Notes: generated by a model not told the origin, from the letters alone. Counted from the stretch's first letter, positions 23,451 through 36,107 are shown. The stretch is DNA of 64,000 nucleotides from Chiloscyllium plagiosum (GCF_004010195.1 NC_057719.1:87257317-87321316), one strand, 5' to 3'. Numbers and translations are program-made.

Positions 23451-24027
23451 CACAGGCATTTATCACATTGATACTCATTATTAAGGAAAAAGTTGTTCGC
23501 CTCAGTCAGAAGAGATATGTGTCTCAGATCAGCCAGCTCTCTGGTTCTTGGGAGGTGACAGAGATGGAGGAGGCTGAACGTGATCCAGTGCTGCTACGGA
23601 GCTGCGAAGAGGGTGGTGCTGCAGCAGAGTCTGGCCCTACATTCACAGCAACTACATTTTACAATGCATACAGCCTTGTGGTAGTGGACGACTGCAGTAT
23701 GTGCTTTAATGAGGCCTGCAACTGGAGTGCATTTTCCTGAAAGTATTGAGCCTCATAGTGGCTGTAGGCAAGGCAGTCCAGGAGAGAGTGAAACAAATGG
23801 GTGTTACAATGAGACCCCTGACCATCTTCTTTTTCAACCTTTGCAGGACATAAGGCCCATTGTATTGGACACTGTGAACCCTGTCCTAGTCTTTTCAAGG
23901 CAGTTGGCACCGAAAGAGGGAGAGATCGGCCGGGGGGGGGGGGGGGGAGGGGGTGGGTAGCTCAGAAACAAAGACAGAAACTGCTGGGAAGACTCAGCAG
24001 GTCCCGCAGCGTCTGTGAAGAGAGAGA

Positions 24028-24244
24028 GGAGAAAGTGAGGACTGCAGATGCTGGAAATCAGAGCCAAAAAGTGTGGCGCTGGAAAAGCACAGCAGGTCAG
24101 GCAGCATCCAAGAAACAGGAGAGTCTATGTTTCAGGTGTAAGCCCTTCATTTCTGATGAAGAGCTTTTGCCCGAAATGTCGACTCTCCTGCTCCTCAGAT
24201 GCTGCCTAACCTGCTGTGCTTTTCCAGCACCACACGTTTTGACT
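24028..24244. mobile_element. Fold-back pair of Penelope pseudo-LTR mini-elements, nested in an older PLE-end of a second family (~23963-24305)
   Basis: Minus copy 24028-24150 abuts plus copy 24153-24244 (CTGATGA 24153-24159, GAAA 24173-24176). Confidence 0.8.
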
Positions 24245-24590
24245 ATGGAGAGACAGAGCAAGAGCAGAGTTAACATTTTTCAGGTTCAGCAACCCTTCTT
24301 CTGAATTTCAGTTTTCGTTTCTGATTGCTGGCGTTTAGCAGTTCTTTAGTTTGTTTCTTATCTTTGTTTTGGGGAACAAATCAAGCCAAGGAGGCCAGGC
24401 CTGACTTGTTTCACAAATGGCTGATGCGACCACCTCCCGGCTTTTAGGCCAGGCTGCCTGGCTCAATGGTGCCCCCTGGTGGAGTTTATTTGGGATTGTA
24501 CTTGGGGAGAAGTGGGAGGAAAATAGGTTCAAGTGCCTGAGTTCAAATCCCAGCAGTACCTGTAACTTTATTATCTTTGGAGCAAAAGCT

Positions 24591-24870
24591 TGGCGCCACC
24601 ATGGTGGCTCAGTGGTTAGCACTGCTGACACACGGCACCGGGGACCTGAGTTCAATTCCACCCTCAGGCGACTGTTTGTGTGGGGCTTGCATGTTCTCCC
24701 TGTATCTGCGTGGGTTACCTCCAGGTGCTCTGGTTTCCCTCCGCAGTCTAAAGATGGTGGATTAGCGATGGGGAAGGCAGGGTTACAGGGGTCTTGGTGG
24801 GATGCTCTTCAAGGGTCGGTGTGGACTCGATGGGCTGAAAGGCCTGCTTCCACACTGTCGGGATTCTATG
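24591..24870 (+). mobile_element. HE1-type V-SINE
   Basis: Head and tail match other copies. Confidence 0.85.
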
Positions 24871-25179
24871 AGAGTGGGGGTGACCAGCAACTGAAAATAG
24901 CCAAAACAAAATCGACAAAGAAACAAAATATAATTGAGGGATACAATCACTCTAAAGATGTTCCCCTTGGAATGGAAAACATTGGATTTGAACAGAATAA
25001 TGTAGTTGAAAGGACAACCTGATCTCCATGGGGCTTCAAGAGAGCCTATTCTTTTTTTTTGACAGGGGGAGTCTTTAGTTGCCTTGGAAACAGTCCCCCC
25101 ATTTGTTCCCTATCAGCAACTGTAGGCTGTTTATCCTCCTGCCAACCAACCCCCCCCCCCACCTCCTCCCAAACGCACA

Positions 25180-25760
25180 CATACACATTCTCTTTTCCCA
25201 GGTTTTCCATGTGAAATCGCAGTATCCAAGGTTGGGTGTGTTCCCTTTGCATTGTTCAAGCAAGGAACTGCTTGGATTCCTGCCAGTTCCTGTTGGCTCC
25301 CAGAAAAAAAACAAGCACTTTCCCACAAAGAGTTCCTTCCTCCGAGCTTTGAATGACAAAACAAAGTACTTCTGGAGAGGAGAGTGAAAGAGGGAGGAGG
25401 GAGCGGGAGAGGGGAAGATAGAGAGAGAGAGAGCCTTGTTCTCTCAACTTGCTTCCAGCCTGTACACCAACCTCCCCCCCCCCACAAGAGCGGGTTGCAA
25501 GGTCAGCTTATTCTCCTCTGCTTGTCGTCTCCTTCCTTTCATGTTACCATGTCACTAAGTGCATAACTCAGGAAACACCTGCTCTCGCAGCGGTCCCCTC
25601 TTATCTGCTCTGGAAGCTGACTCACAGAACATCAGGTGGCCTGGCCTCTCTGTTTTTCTTGCTCCCAGCCCCAGTGGCACCTCCCCCCCGCGCCCCGCCT
25701 TATCCCGACCTCACTGGATAACCTCACCAGACCCCGCTTCCCGCTGGGTCACCGGAGCTA
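25180..25760 (-). promoter_or_regulatory. Candidate promoter / first exon of an unidentified minus-strand gene
   Basis: Non-repeat, locally CpG-enriched; GC box ccccgcc 25693-25699; caggaaa-cacctg 25569-25581; ttatct 25601-25606; CT-rich leader; possible donor GTATGT at 25184-25179. Confidence 0.3.
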
Positions 25761-25869
25761 CAGGGTGTTTGCAGACCTGTGACTGCAGTGGCCTTAGCAC
25801 TGGTTTGGTCAATCAGAACCTCCAGGGTGCTGCTGCTGTGAGGAAAAGGGGTTTGTACCCCACCGTCGG

Positions 25870-26176
25870 AGGCCTGATGCCTCAGTGGTTAGCGCTGCTG
25901 CTTCGCAACACCGGGTTCATTTCCACCCTCGGGCAACTGTCTGTGTGGGGTTTGTACATTCTCCCTATGACTGTGTGGGTTTCCTCTCACAGTCCAAAAT
26001 TGTGCAGGTTAGATGGATTAGCCTTGCTTAAATTGCCCATTGTGTCACTGGGATGTGCAGGCTAGGTGGGTTAGCCATGACAAATGCATAGTTCTGGGGA
26101 TAAGGTAAGAAGAGGTTGGATCCTCTTTGGAGGGTTGGTGCCAGGTGAATGCTGCTCCCACACTGTAGGGATTCTG
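25870..26176 (+). mobile_element. HE1-type V-SINE (diverged)
   Basis: gcctcagtggttagcgctgctgc head; cacactgtagggattct tail. Confidence 0.8.
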
Positions 26177-26239
26177 TTAATATTTGATTCGATTCAATAT
26201 GTGATATTGAATATCAATATAATGATAATAAATTAATTG

Positions 26240-26412
26240 TTAAAAGCCCATCTGGTTCAATAACCTCCTTTACGGAAGGAAATCTGCCATCCTTACCTGG
26301 TCTGGCCTACATTCAACTCCAGACCCACAGCAATGTGGTTGACCCTTAACTGCCCTCTGGGCAATTAAGGATGGGCAATGTGAGATGCACACATCCCGTG
26401 AATTAAAAAGAA
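26240..26412 (+). mobile_element. SINE 3' part (family of 13805-14130)
   Basis: cccatctggttcaa...ccagacccacagcaatgtggttgacc...gggcaattaaggatgggcaat. Confidence 0.75.
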
Positions 26413-26504
26413 AGTTATTGGCCAACAGTATTCCGTTTTATGCAGACATCGCTGTATGTACAGTCTTGCGTCTCCGTCAGTACACACAGACCCCACTTTC
26501 CAGC

Positions 26505-26635
26505 GGGGAGAAAGTGACGATTGCAGATGCTGGAGATCAGAGTCGAGAGCGTGGTGCTGGAAAAGAACAGCAGCCCAGGGAGCATCCGAGGAGCAGGAGA
26601 ATCGACATTTCGGGCATAAGTCCTTCATCAGGAAT
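26505..26635 (-). mobile_element. Short Penelope pseudo-LTR-derived element with hammerhead-like core
   Basis: Minus strand ATTC-CTGATGA-A-GGAC-TTAT-GCCC-GAAAT-GTC. Confidence 0.75.
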
Positions 26636-27544
26636 CTCCATCAGCGACAGAGTCTAACTGTCAAGCATTTGCCGCCCCCTAGAGGTAGAGAGGATGGGGC
26701 TGGCTGGAGAGCTGTTGAGAAGATATGTATCAGCTATCCCAACTGGAAAATGAATTCGGTGAAACTCCTGGAGAGGAGGACCACATTTCCAAACAGTGAA
26801 TTCAGTTGGAATTGCCTGCCTCCCACCCCCATGCCTCTTTCTGCACCACAACAATTACATTTCTATAGCACCTTTAACATAATGTACCATCCACAGTGTC
26901 ATCATGAATCAAAGTTTGACACTAGGCTATGTAAGGATATATTTGGTGCTTTCCTTTAAGGAGGAAAGTGAGGTGGAGGCCTTTAGGAATTGAATTCCAC
27001 AGCACGGGGTTTTGGGCAATTGAAAGCCTCAAAAGGTAGAGTGATTAAACCTGGAGAAGCACAGAGACTGGAATTGGATATTTCGTTGGGTTATCAGACA
27101 AGAAGGTATTATGGGGATGGGTGAAGGGGCCGCTGAGGCCATGAAAACAAAGATTTTAATGTTAACATATTGCTTAGTTTAAGAGGCAATGTAGGACAGC
27201 AAATGTGTTGGGTGGGGGGGGGGGGGGGGGAAAGAGACTTGCTGTGAATTACAACAAATATAACTCGAACATTGTTGCAAACTTGGTCTACTCGAGTTTT
27301 GTCCTGCCACTCAGTGGACACCCTCACCCCTCTTCACCCAGAATTCTCTGCTACAGAAAGTGGTTGAGACCAAGAAGGAGTTAGATCCAGTGCTTAGCAC
27401 CCAAGGGATCAAAGGATATGGGGAGAAATTGGGAACAGGGGAGTGGGTTGGATGATCAGCCATGATGATATGGAATGGGGGGGACCAGACTTGAAGGGCC
27501 GACTGGCCTACTCATGCTCTTATCTTTCCTTTCTGATTGGTTCA

Positions 27545-27790
27545 GGAGGTTCAGGTCCCAGTCCAGCAGACTCCAGTACAACCCGATTCAATTATTCCAG
27601 TGTCAATACTGAGGGAGTGCTGCACTGGTGGAGTTACTGTCTTTAGGATAATATGTCAAATTGAACGCCCGCCTGTCCCTTTAGGTGTGTCCCAAAAGAT
27701 CCCACAACAACATTGCAATTTTTCTCGCTGCCCTGGTCAATATTTACAACATGACTTGGAAAAACATCTCAGATCTGGTCACCAGCACTT
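27545..27790 (+). mobile_element. Deu-domain SINE (SacSINE1-like)
   Basis: tactgagggagtgctgcactg...ctgtctttaggat...aaaagatccca...ccctggtcaatattt resembles the Deu core. Confidence 0.6.
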
Positions 27791-27864
27791 TAATGATATA
27801 GATAGGTAGAGAATGGGGTCGGATATAGTGCAAACCTCCCTCCATTCTTTTAGATCAAAAGTAG

Positions 27865-28255
27865 AGTGCCCTCTACTTTTTTAAACTGAAAGTAACATTT
27901 CCTCAACACCATCCCCATCAAACACTCACAGGACTGGGACAGTACAGGGTTAGATACAGAGTAAAGCTCCTCTTCACTGTCCCCCTCAAACATTCCTGGG
28001 ACAGGTACAGAGTGGGGTTAGATACAAAGCAAAGCTCCCTCTACATTGGCCCCATCAGATACTCTCAAGTCAGAAAGAGTATGGGGTTAGATACAGAGCA
28101 AATCTCTCCCTACTCTTTTAAATTAAAAATGTGATGGGGGACAGCATAGTGGAAGCTTTACTCTGTATCTAACCCCATGTTGTCTCTGTCCTGGGAGTGT
28201 TTGATGGGGGACAGAGTAGGCGAAGCTTTATTTTTAGTTTAAAAGAATAGGGAGA
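27865..28255. repeat. Palindromic array of ~68-bp units (ccccatcaaacactcccaggacaggtacag...gggttagatacagagtaaagctcc)
   Basis: Three forward units at ~27905-28115, reverse units at ~28130-28230; inverted termini. Confidence 0.8.
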
Positions 28256-29176
28256 ATGTGGAAGGACAGTGAGGGCTGTTTGGAATGGAGGGAGAAGTGG
28301 GAGGTTGTGTGGTTTGTGTTGCATGGTGTTCGTTGTTGGCCAGTAACTCTCAGCATTTATGACTGTGGGATCACTCTGTGCGACAAGACTGCAGATGGCT
28401 CCTCAATTGTTTTATTAGTGCCCAGAGCGCCTGCCTTGGTAGAGCAGGAAATGGCACGGTGCCCAAACACACAGTCATCTGTTTAATCTGCACAAGGTCA
28501 GGCCTGGATGAGAGGAGGGCTGGGCACAGCTGCCTGGTGCTGGCACAGCCCAGAGTGCTGTAGTTCCACTATTCAGGTTTTCTGACATGAAACTTTCACA
28601 CAAGAAGCACAAGTAGCAGTAAGCGTCCTGAAAACACAGGCTAAACTCACTGAGGTAGAAGCAGAGTCCATCTGTGATTGTGACCGATCCTTTCATGAGT
28701 GAGAGTGCAGAACTTGCTCATAAAATTATGTCCCAATTAAAACAGGGGAACATTCAATGCAGAGTGATGGGAAAACCCACCTTCTTTTGTCTTTTGATCT
28801 CTCAAAGCAGCTAAACCACCAAAAGCAGGATATTCCTGGCACAGAGACGATGATTCTGATTCTCCAATTCTGATTGATATTGTTATCCTGCTACACTTGG
28901 AGAAATTGGAAAGGTATTCATCATGCAGCCTGAACACTGGAGATACGGAGAGTATCTGTGGCAGAGAAAGATTCTATTCAGGATTAACATACCAGAGTTC
29001 AAAAGAGGAATACATTTAATCCTAACAAGGAGCATTTTATCCTTAAACAAAAATCAATGTTTGAGAATTAAAAAGAGAGATTGTGTGCTTGTGTTAGAGA
29101 TGGAAAGACAGAGTTCATGGTCTAGGAGGTCATAGCAGTTGGGGGTGTATATGAGTGGGAATATCTGGGATCGTTG

Positions 29177-29486
29177 AATCATAGAATCCCTACAGTGAGG
29201 AAACAGGCCATTTGGCCCAACAAGTTCACACCGACCCTCCAAAGAGGATCCCACCCAGATGCATTCCGCAGACATTTCCCCTGACTAATAACCTACACAT
29301 TCCTGAACGCAATGGACAATTCACCTAACCTGCACATCTTTGGACTGTGGATGGAAACCAGAGCACCTGGAGGAAACCCACACAGACATAGGGAGAACAT
29401 GCAAACTCCACACAGACCCAAGTCTGGAATTGAACCTAAGTCCCTGGCACTGTGAGGCAGCAGTGCTAACATCATGCCAAGCCATG
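29177..29486 (-). mobile_element. HE1-type V-SINE
   Basis: Reverse complement of full element. Confidence 0.88.
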
Positions 29487-30387
29487 TGGTGGGGTATTGG
29501 TGGTTGAGTAGGATTTTGTTTTTTGAGAGATTAACTGGGGGCTGTGGAGATGTTTTTAGATCAAGTCCACAATAAAGAGTCCAGGCATTCATTCTAAGTG
29601 GTCTATACTGGTGATTATTCAATGCACTTTGACTCCCATGCTTCTTTGTAGAGCTGTCTTACCCATGGCTCTACGAATCATTCAAACCCTTCTGTTCCTT
29701 TTCCTAATACACCTTCCTCTTAAATGCATCTACGGCGTTCACATCAAACGTCCTGTGGCAACACATTCCACATTCTGTTTCCTCTGTCCCATCAAACTCT
29801 TCCTTAAAGAGTTCTTAAAGGCTTCTAGCAGGTACCTCTCAACCTTTAGTCTTCCAGAGGGAAGAATCCGAGCCTATTCAAACCTCCTTGATAAGTATGT
29901 CCCCTTAGTTCAGGAATCCTTGTGAATTTCACATTTTCTTCAGTGCCTTTACATTTTTTGTTTATCTACATGGAGATTTGAACAGCGCACAGTACCCCAA
30001 GTGTGGCTCAACAAACATTCGATACAGGTTTAATGTAACATGTCCGTTTTTGAATTCCATTCAACCAGACGTGAATCCTGGAGACAGCTTTGCACTTTTT
30101 ATGACCTTGTTAAATTACGCAACTGACTCCTTCAATTTCATGGATTATGAGGACACCAGCAGGATGGATGACGTAACTTCATACTAACCCACTTGATTCT
30201 CATTCACCACTGTCTCAGAGGTTCGACTTCCTCTGCCAACATGCTGCTGCTCTGAATGTTCAGTGTTTGTCCATCGTTCAGGAGACACAATCCGGCCATT
30301 CAATCTGATATTTACCCAACTGAGCATTTGTACATCACTATGACTCTATGCAGAGAACTGATGAAAAGAAGAACGTATTCTCTTGTA

Positions 30388-30606
30388 CAGTCAGTTCTGC
30401 TATAACGCGATAGCTCTGTTCCTGTGTGATCCCGTATTATTAAAAAATCATGTAATAGCAGCACCATTTAAACCAATGGGACCAGAATCGCACTATAGCC
30501 AATACGAGTAAGGAAAGTTTGTGTTCTACAAATAATGGTCTAAATTCTTCAATCGCATTATAACCAATTCACATTAAAGAAAAGCACGTTGTAGCAGAAC
30601 CAACTG
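30388..30606. mobile_element. Tc1/mariner-pogo (Tigger-like) MITE
   Basis: TIRs cagtcagttctgctataacgcg / cacgttgtagcagaaccaactg; TA on both sides. Confidence 0.8.
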
Positions 30607-30774
30607 TATTATTAATTGCCCCGCCCTAACTCCATTTCTCTTGCTGTTGATGCTGCTAAATCTGCTGAGTAGTTCCAGCTTTTTGTTTTGACTTCTGACT
30701 ATCAGCTTGTCTGAAATATAAAGGGGTGATGGCCAGGTTGCTTATTGCTAGTCTATGAATCCAGAGTTCAAACC

Positions 30775-31212
30775 CTACTACGTTTTGGTGAGGCCACACT
30801 TGGGCGTATTGTACACAGTTTTGGTCACCCTGTTATAGGAAAGACATAGTTAAACTGGAAAGAGTGCAAACAAGATTCATGAGGATGTTGTCAGCACTGG
30901 TAGGCCTGAGTTATAAGGAGAGGTTGGCCAGGATAGGACTTTATGCCTTGGAACGTAGGAGAATGAGGGGTGAGGCAACTTCTTCATGCAGAAAGTGGTG
31001 AACATATGGAATGGGCTGCCAGAGAAAGTGTTTGAGGCAGGTACAATAGCAGCATTTAAAAAATAATTTGGACAGGTACATTGATGGGGAGGGTTTAGAG
31101 GGATATGGAACAAATGTGGGCAATTGGAACTAGCTGAGTGGGGCACTGTGGTTAGCATGGAACAGTTTGGGTTAAAGGACCTGTTCCCATCCTGTATTAC
31201 TCTATGACTCTA
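30775..31212 (+). mobile_element. CR1 3' fragment inserted into a SINE (30722-31425)
   Basis: ggtgaggccacacttg...aaactggaaagagtgcaa; actctatgactct tail; the SINE resumes at 31215. Confidence 0.8.
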
Positions 31213-31554
31213 AGTAGATGGTAGAATTTGAATTCAATAAATATCTGGAATTAGGAGTTTAATGATGACCATGCTGATAGTTGAGGGAAGAACCCATCTG
31301 GTTCACTAATACCCTTCAGGGAAGGAAAGTGCTAACCTAAATGTGCCTCCAGACCCACAACAATGTGGTTGATTCTTAACTGCCTTTTGTCAATGTGGAC
31401 CAACCACATGTCTTGAATTAAAATATGTTCCTTTTTATGTTGCAAATACAGGGCTCAGTGTTGCCACGTCTCTGTGTTAGTACGAATAGCCCCTCTGTCA
31501 GCTACTGAGCAAGGTCTTGGTTGCCCTCTAGGGGAAGGGAGGATGGGGCTGGTG

Positions 31555-33678
31555 GGACCAATGCAGTTGACTCTCAACTGCCCACTGAAATGGCCTAGAA
31601 AGCCATATCAGTTGCATCAATTACCATAAATTTACATTAAAAATGAAACTGGATGGACCACCAGCCACCTTGGCACTGGAAACGACAGTACTAAAAACAG
31701 CCCTGTTAATCCTGCAAAGTCCTTCTTACTAACTTTTGGGGGCTACTGTTAAAATTGGGGGAGCTGTCAACCATTCAACCATTACCATTCAAGCAACAGC
31801 CTGATGTGGTCATAATCACGGAATCATGCCTTACAGACAACGTCCACCACCATCACTATGCCTAGATATGCCCTGTCCCACCAGCAGAACAGATGCAGCA
31901 AAATGGCAGCACAGTGGTATATAGTCAGGAGGGAGTTGCTCTGGGACTCCTCAACATTGACTCCAGTCCCCATGAAGTCTCATGTTATCCATTTAAACAT
32001 GGACAAGGAAACCTTCTGCTGTTTATCATGTACTGCCCTCCCTTGGCTGATGAATCAATATTTCTCGATGTTGAACAGCTCAGAGGAAGCACTGAGGGTG
32101 GCAAGGGTTCAAAAATGTACTCTGGGTATGGGATTTCACCAAGAATTGTTCCCAACAATACTGATTGAACCAGTCAGGTCCTAAAGGACATAGCTGCTGA
32201 ACTAGGTCTACAACAGGTGGTAAAGGAACTAAAAAGAGGGAAAACACACTTGGCCTCATCCTCAACAATCTGCCTACTGGCGATGCATCTGTCCATGATA
32301 GTATTGGTAACAGTGACCACCACACAGTCCTGGTGGAGATGAAGTCCCACCTTCACACTGATAATACCTTACATCATCTTGTGTGGCATCATCACTATGC
32401 TAAATAGGTCAAACTTTAAACAGATGCAGCAACCCAGACTGGGCATTAGTGGGGCTCTGTGGGCCATCAACTCTTGTACAATCTGCAACCTCATGGCCTG
32501 GCATATCTCCCACTCAACTATTACCATCAAGCCAGGGGGTTGTTCAGTGGAGAGTGTGGAAGGGCATACCAGGAGTAACATCGGATAGACATGAAAATGA
32601 GGAGTCAAGTTGGTGAAGCCACTAAACAAGTGATAGCCAGAGGTAAATGATCCCACAACCAAAAGGATCAGATCTAAGCTCTGCAGTCCTGCTACATCCA
32701 GTTATAACTGGTGATGGACAGGTAAACAACTCACTGGAGGAGAAGGCTCCACAAATACCACCTTCCTCAAAGATGGAAAAGCCCAGTATATCAGTGCAAA
32801 ATGTAAGGCTGAATGTTTGCAACAATCTTCAGCCTGAATGTTTGCAATAATCTTCAGTCTGAAGTGCTAAGTGAATGATCTTTCTCAGTCTTCTCCACTG
32901 GCATATAATATTCATGCCACACAAATGCCAGGTAATGATCCTCTTCAATAAGAGACAAAGTAACCATAACTCCTTGACATTTAGTAGTGTGAACATTACT
33001 AAATCCTCCATTAAAAATATCCTGTGGGTTACCATTGACCAGAAAGTGAAATGGACTTGCAATATCAATTACCACAAAAGCAAGTCAGAGGCTAGGAATA
33101 CTGTGCTGAGTAATCCTTACCTCCTGATACACCTAAGGCTATCCACCATCTACAAGACACAAGTCAGGAGTGTGATGGAATACTCCCCACTTGCCTGGAT
33201 GAATGCAGCTTCATCAACATTCAAGAAGCTTGACACCATCCATGATTTAGTAGCCTGCTTGATTGGTACCACATCCACAAACATCCACTCCTTCCACAAC
33301 CGATGCTCAGTAGCAGTGAAGTGAACTATGCGACGAACTGCAGAAATTCAGCAAAAGCTCCTTAAACAGCACCTTCCAAACCACAACTACTTCCATCTAA
33401 ATGGACAAGGGTGACAGATAAATGAAAACACCACCCCCTTCAAGTTCCCTTCCAAGCCACCCACCATCCTGACTTGGGAAATATATTGCTGTTCCTTCAC
33501 TGTCGCTGGGTGAAAATCCTGCAATTGGAATTCTCCCCCTTTGGGTCAACCTACAGCACATGGACTGCAGCAGTTCAAGAAGGCAGCTCACTACCACCTT
33601 CTCAAGGGACAACTCGGGATAGGCAGGAAATGATGGCCCAGCTAGTGACATGCACATCCCATGAGTGAATAAGAAAAA
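31555..33678 (+). mobile_element. Second CR1-like LINE family, long internally deleted copy (endonuclease to 3' end)
   Basis: 5' part KQQPDVVIITES (APE endonuclease-like); ORF 32875-33324 IYKTQVRSVMEYSPLAWM; tail caccttctcaagggacaactcgggataggcagg. Confidence 0.8.
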
Positions 33679-33859
33679 GCTGCTCTATTGAAATTAGGAT
33701 TGTCACAGCATAGTTGTTAGATGTAGGACAATCATTCTGCAAGGTTCATGACATCCAAGTACAAATTTACATGCAATCACGTTTATCCCGACATCTCAAA
33801 GGAGATGGAATTGCTCTATCAGCTTGTTGTATACTTCAACATTATTAATATCTGCATGT

Positions 33860-34465
33860 AATTCTTGACCAGAAACTGAATTGGACTATACATATAAGTA
33901 CAGTGGCTACAAGTGCAAGTCAGGCTAGGAATCTTGCAGCAAGCACCTCATTACTCCCCAAAGCCTATCTATCATCTGCAAGACACAAGTCAGGGGAGTG
34001 TGATGGAATACTCCCCACTTGCCTGAATGAGTGCAGCTCCAGCAACACTCAAGAAGCTTGACACCATCCAGTCAAACTAGCCCGCCTGTTTGGCACCACA
34101 TCCACTCCCTCCACCACTGACGGTCAGTAGCAGCAATGTTTAGTACCTGCAAGATGCATTGCAGAAATTTGCCAAAATCCTCAGACAGCACCTTCCACAC
34201 TCATTACTACTATAATCTTGAAGGACAAGCCACTCACGACCCTGACATGGAAATATATCACTGTCCTTTCAGTGACACCGGGTCAATATCCTGGAAATCG
34301 CACTGCTCCCCCCCCCCCCGCCCCCAACACCACCATGGCTCTACCTACAACACGTGGACTGCAGTGGTTCAAGAAGGCAGCTCACCACCACCTTCTCAAG
34401 GGTAACTAGGGAAGAGCAATAAATGCTTGCTCAGGCAGTGATGGCCACATTGTGAACAAAGAAGG
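33860..34465 (+). mobile_element. Second CR1-like LINE family 3' fragment
   Basis: Same 3' motifs as 31555-33678. Confidence 0.8.
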
Positions 34466-35153
34466 ATATTGCCTCTATTGGACATTTTGTGATTTGAAAA
34501 GGATTTTCCATCTGTTTTATCAAGGAACAAAGTCAACAAAGTGATGTGTGCTCCAAGCCATGTGTTTACAGAAAAATTAACTGACATTGAAGAAAGCTTT
34601 CATAGAGAGAAAAGGTGGCGTTTGTGTCCTTAATCACTGGAGAAACTAGCAACCCTCTCTAGACTGAAGTAGTCAGTCAGGAAGACATCCCAGAACCTCT
34701 CCTTCAGTTAACAGACGTTCCTGGGAATCTGATAAACTTTCCAAACACCAGTATTTTTGACTACTGTGCAAAACTTAAAAAGCTGAAATGTAACTACAGA
34801 TCCAGTTAGATTGCAGTCAGATTTGAACATCTTCCGTCAGTCTATTGGCTATCAGCAATTTAATTTCATTAACAGAAAACTCAATGGATCACAAAAAGTC
34901 ATTACATTTTTTCCCTTTTTTTGTTGACCTTTGGCCCAAAGGGGTATTTTTGCCTTTGAAAATAAACCCATAATTTCTGCAGAGACTGTGTCCTTCTGTG
35001 TTGTAAGGGCGTGTCAGTATTTGCGATGAAGCAGGTAGAGTCCTATTTCCAGCTTTGATGTTAACCAGTGTTTACCACTTGTTTTAAGATTAGATTTGTT
35101 TACAATAGATAGATTATTTTGAGTTAATTAAAGAAGCATGGTGAAAGGCTCTT

Positions 35154-35159
35154 TTTATT
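35154..35159 (-). terminator. Candidate CCDC32 polyadenylation signal (AATAAA)
   Basis: First canonical minus-strand AATAAA I could find downstream of the stop at 35972 (~0.8 kb 3' UTR). Confidence 0.35.
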
Positions 35160-35971
35160 GTAGATAGCAGTACAAGAGAGAAACAAGTGGCCATTTCAGT
35201 GAATGAACCAACAGATTTATACTAATGGGCAACTGATGCAGTAGTGGGGCTTGATTATCAGCACATTCCTCCTCTCATAGTTGTAACAGCTTAGAACTGT
35301 CCCCTTTAAGTGTTTGTACCCTCATTTACACAGATAGGCTGCTATAGTAAAAACAATAAATCTGTCTTAGGGAGACTGGGATTAATCAGAAATCTAGTTG
35401 CAAAAACAGGTGAGAGTTTTGATGTGTTGAAAATCTGGCTGTTGGTCTGTTTCAAACTTGTCACAATTTGGAGGAGCAGAGAGAATATGTGCCAATGAAT
35501 AAATACTGTCACTGATGAGTTGCACAATGAGATGTCCTTGGGTGCAAACCTCTTGACAAACATCAGTCCATAATTCTCCACTGTACAGGTCCATTAATGC
35601 ACTGGAGGGTGCACAAATCAAGTTAGTGATTGGTGAGCTCCTTCTCAGGAACTCTGTCTCTTCCTTTCCTGCTCTACAGACAGAGCATTGCTGGAATGTC
35701 ACTTCATACAAGTCAATTGCTATCAGTTATAATGGAGTGGGAGAAGTCCTGAGAACATTTGCACTGTCCCTCTATTTCTAGAACATACATAAGCCAATAT
35801 GAAGGGACTGAATTCAGCAGTAGGCATCATCAAGATTAGGTGTTTCCCCTTTCATCCAGCACTGAATGTTAAAGCAGCTCGGTAGCTCAGTGTTTGGTGA
35901 CAGAATTGGCCTCATTTGGCCAGCTGGATGTTTCAGTAAGACACGGGCAAGGGCATGGGTGGTGTGGGTCA

Positions 35972-36107
35972 TCACTGATCACAGCTTTCACTCTTTGGTT
36001 CCTCTTGGTTAGCAGATTGTCCTTCAGGGTTGATCAGGTACTGAACTTCCTCTGTACTGACCGGAACTCTTTCTGGCTGCAGCCATCGCTTGAAGTGGTC
36101 AATGGCA
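35972..36107 (-). CDS. CCDC32: Coiled-coil domain-containing protein 32, last coding exon
   Basis: Acceptor tgtatttgttcAG (36109-36108), phase 2; (S)AIDHFKRWLQPERVPVSTEEVQYLINPE...SCDQ* matches recalled human HFKRWLQPDKVAVSTEEVQYLIPPE. Confidence 0.93.

Noticed and set aside
23288..23740. 150-aa plus-strand ORF
   Set aside because: Starts in a CA-rich minisatellite; no recognisable domain or clear splice signals.
25185..25210. MENLGK resembling the RASGRP1 start MGTLGK
   Set aside because: Too short, and I found no RasGEF exon in the 25 kb downstream; no gene name assigned.
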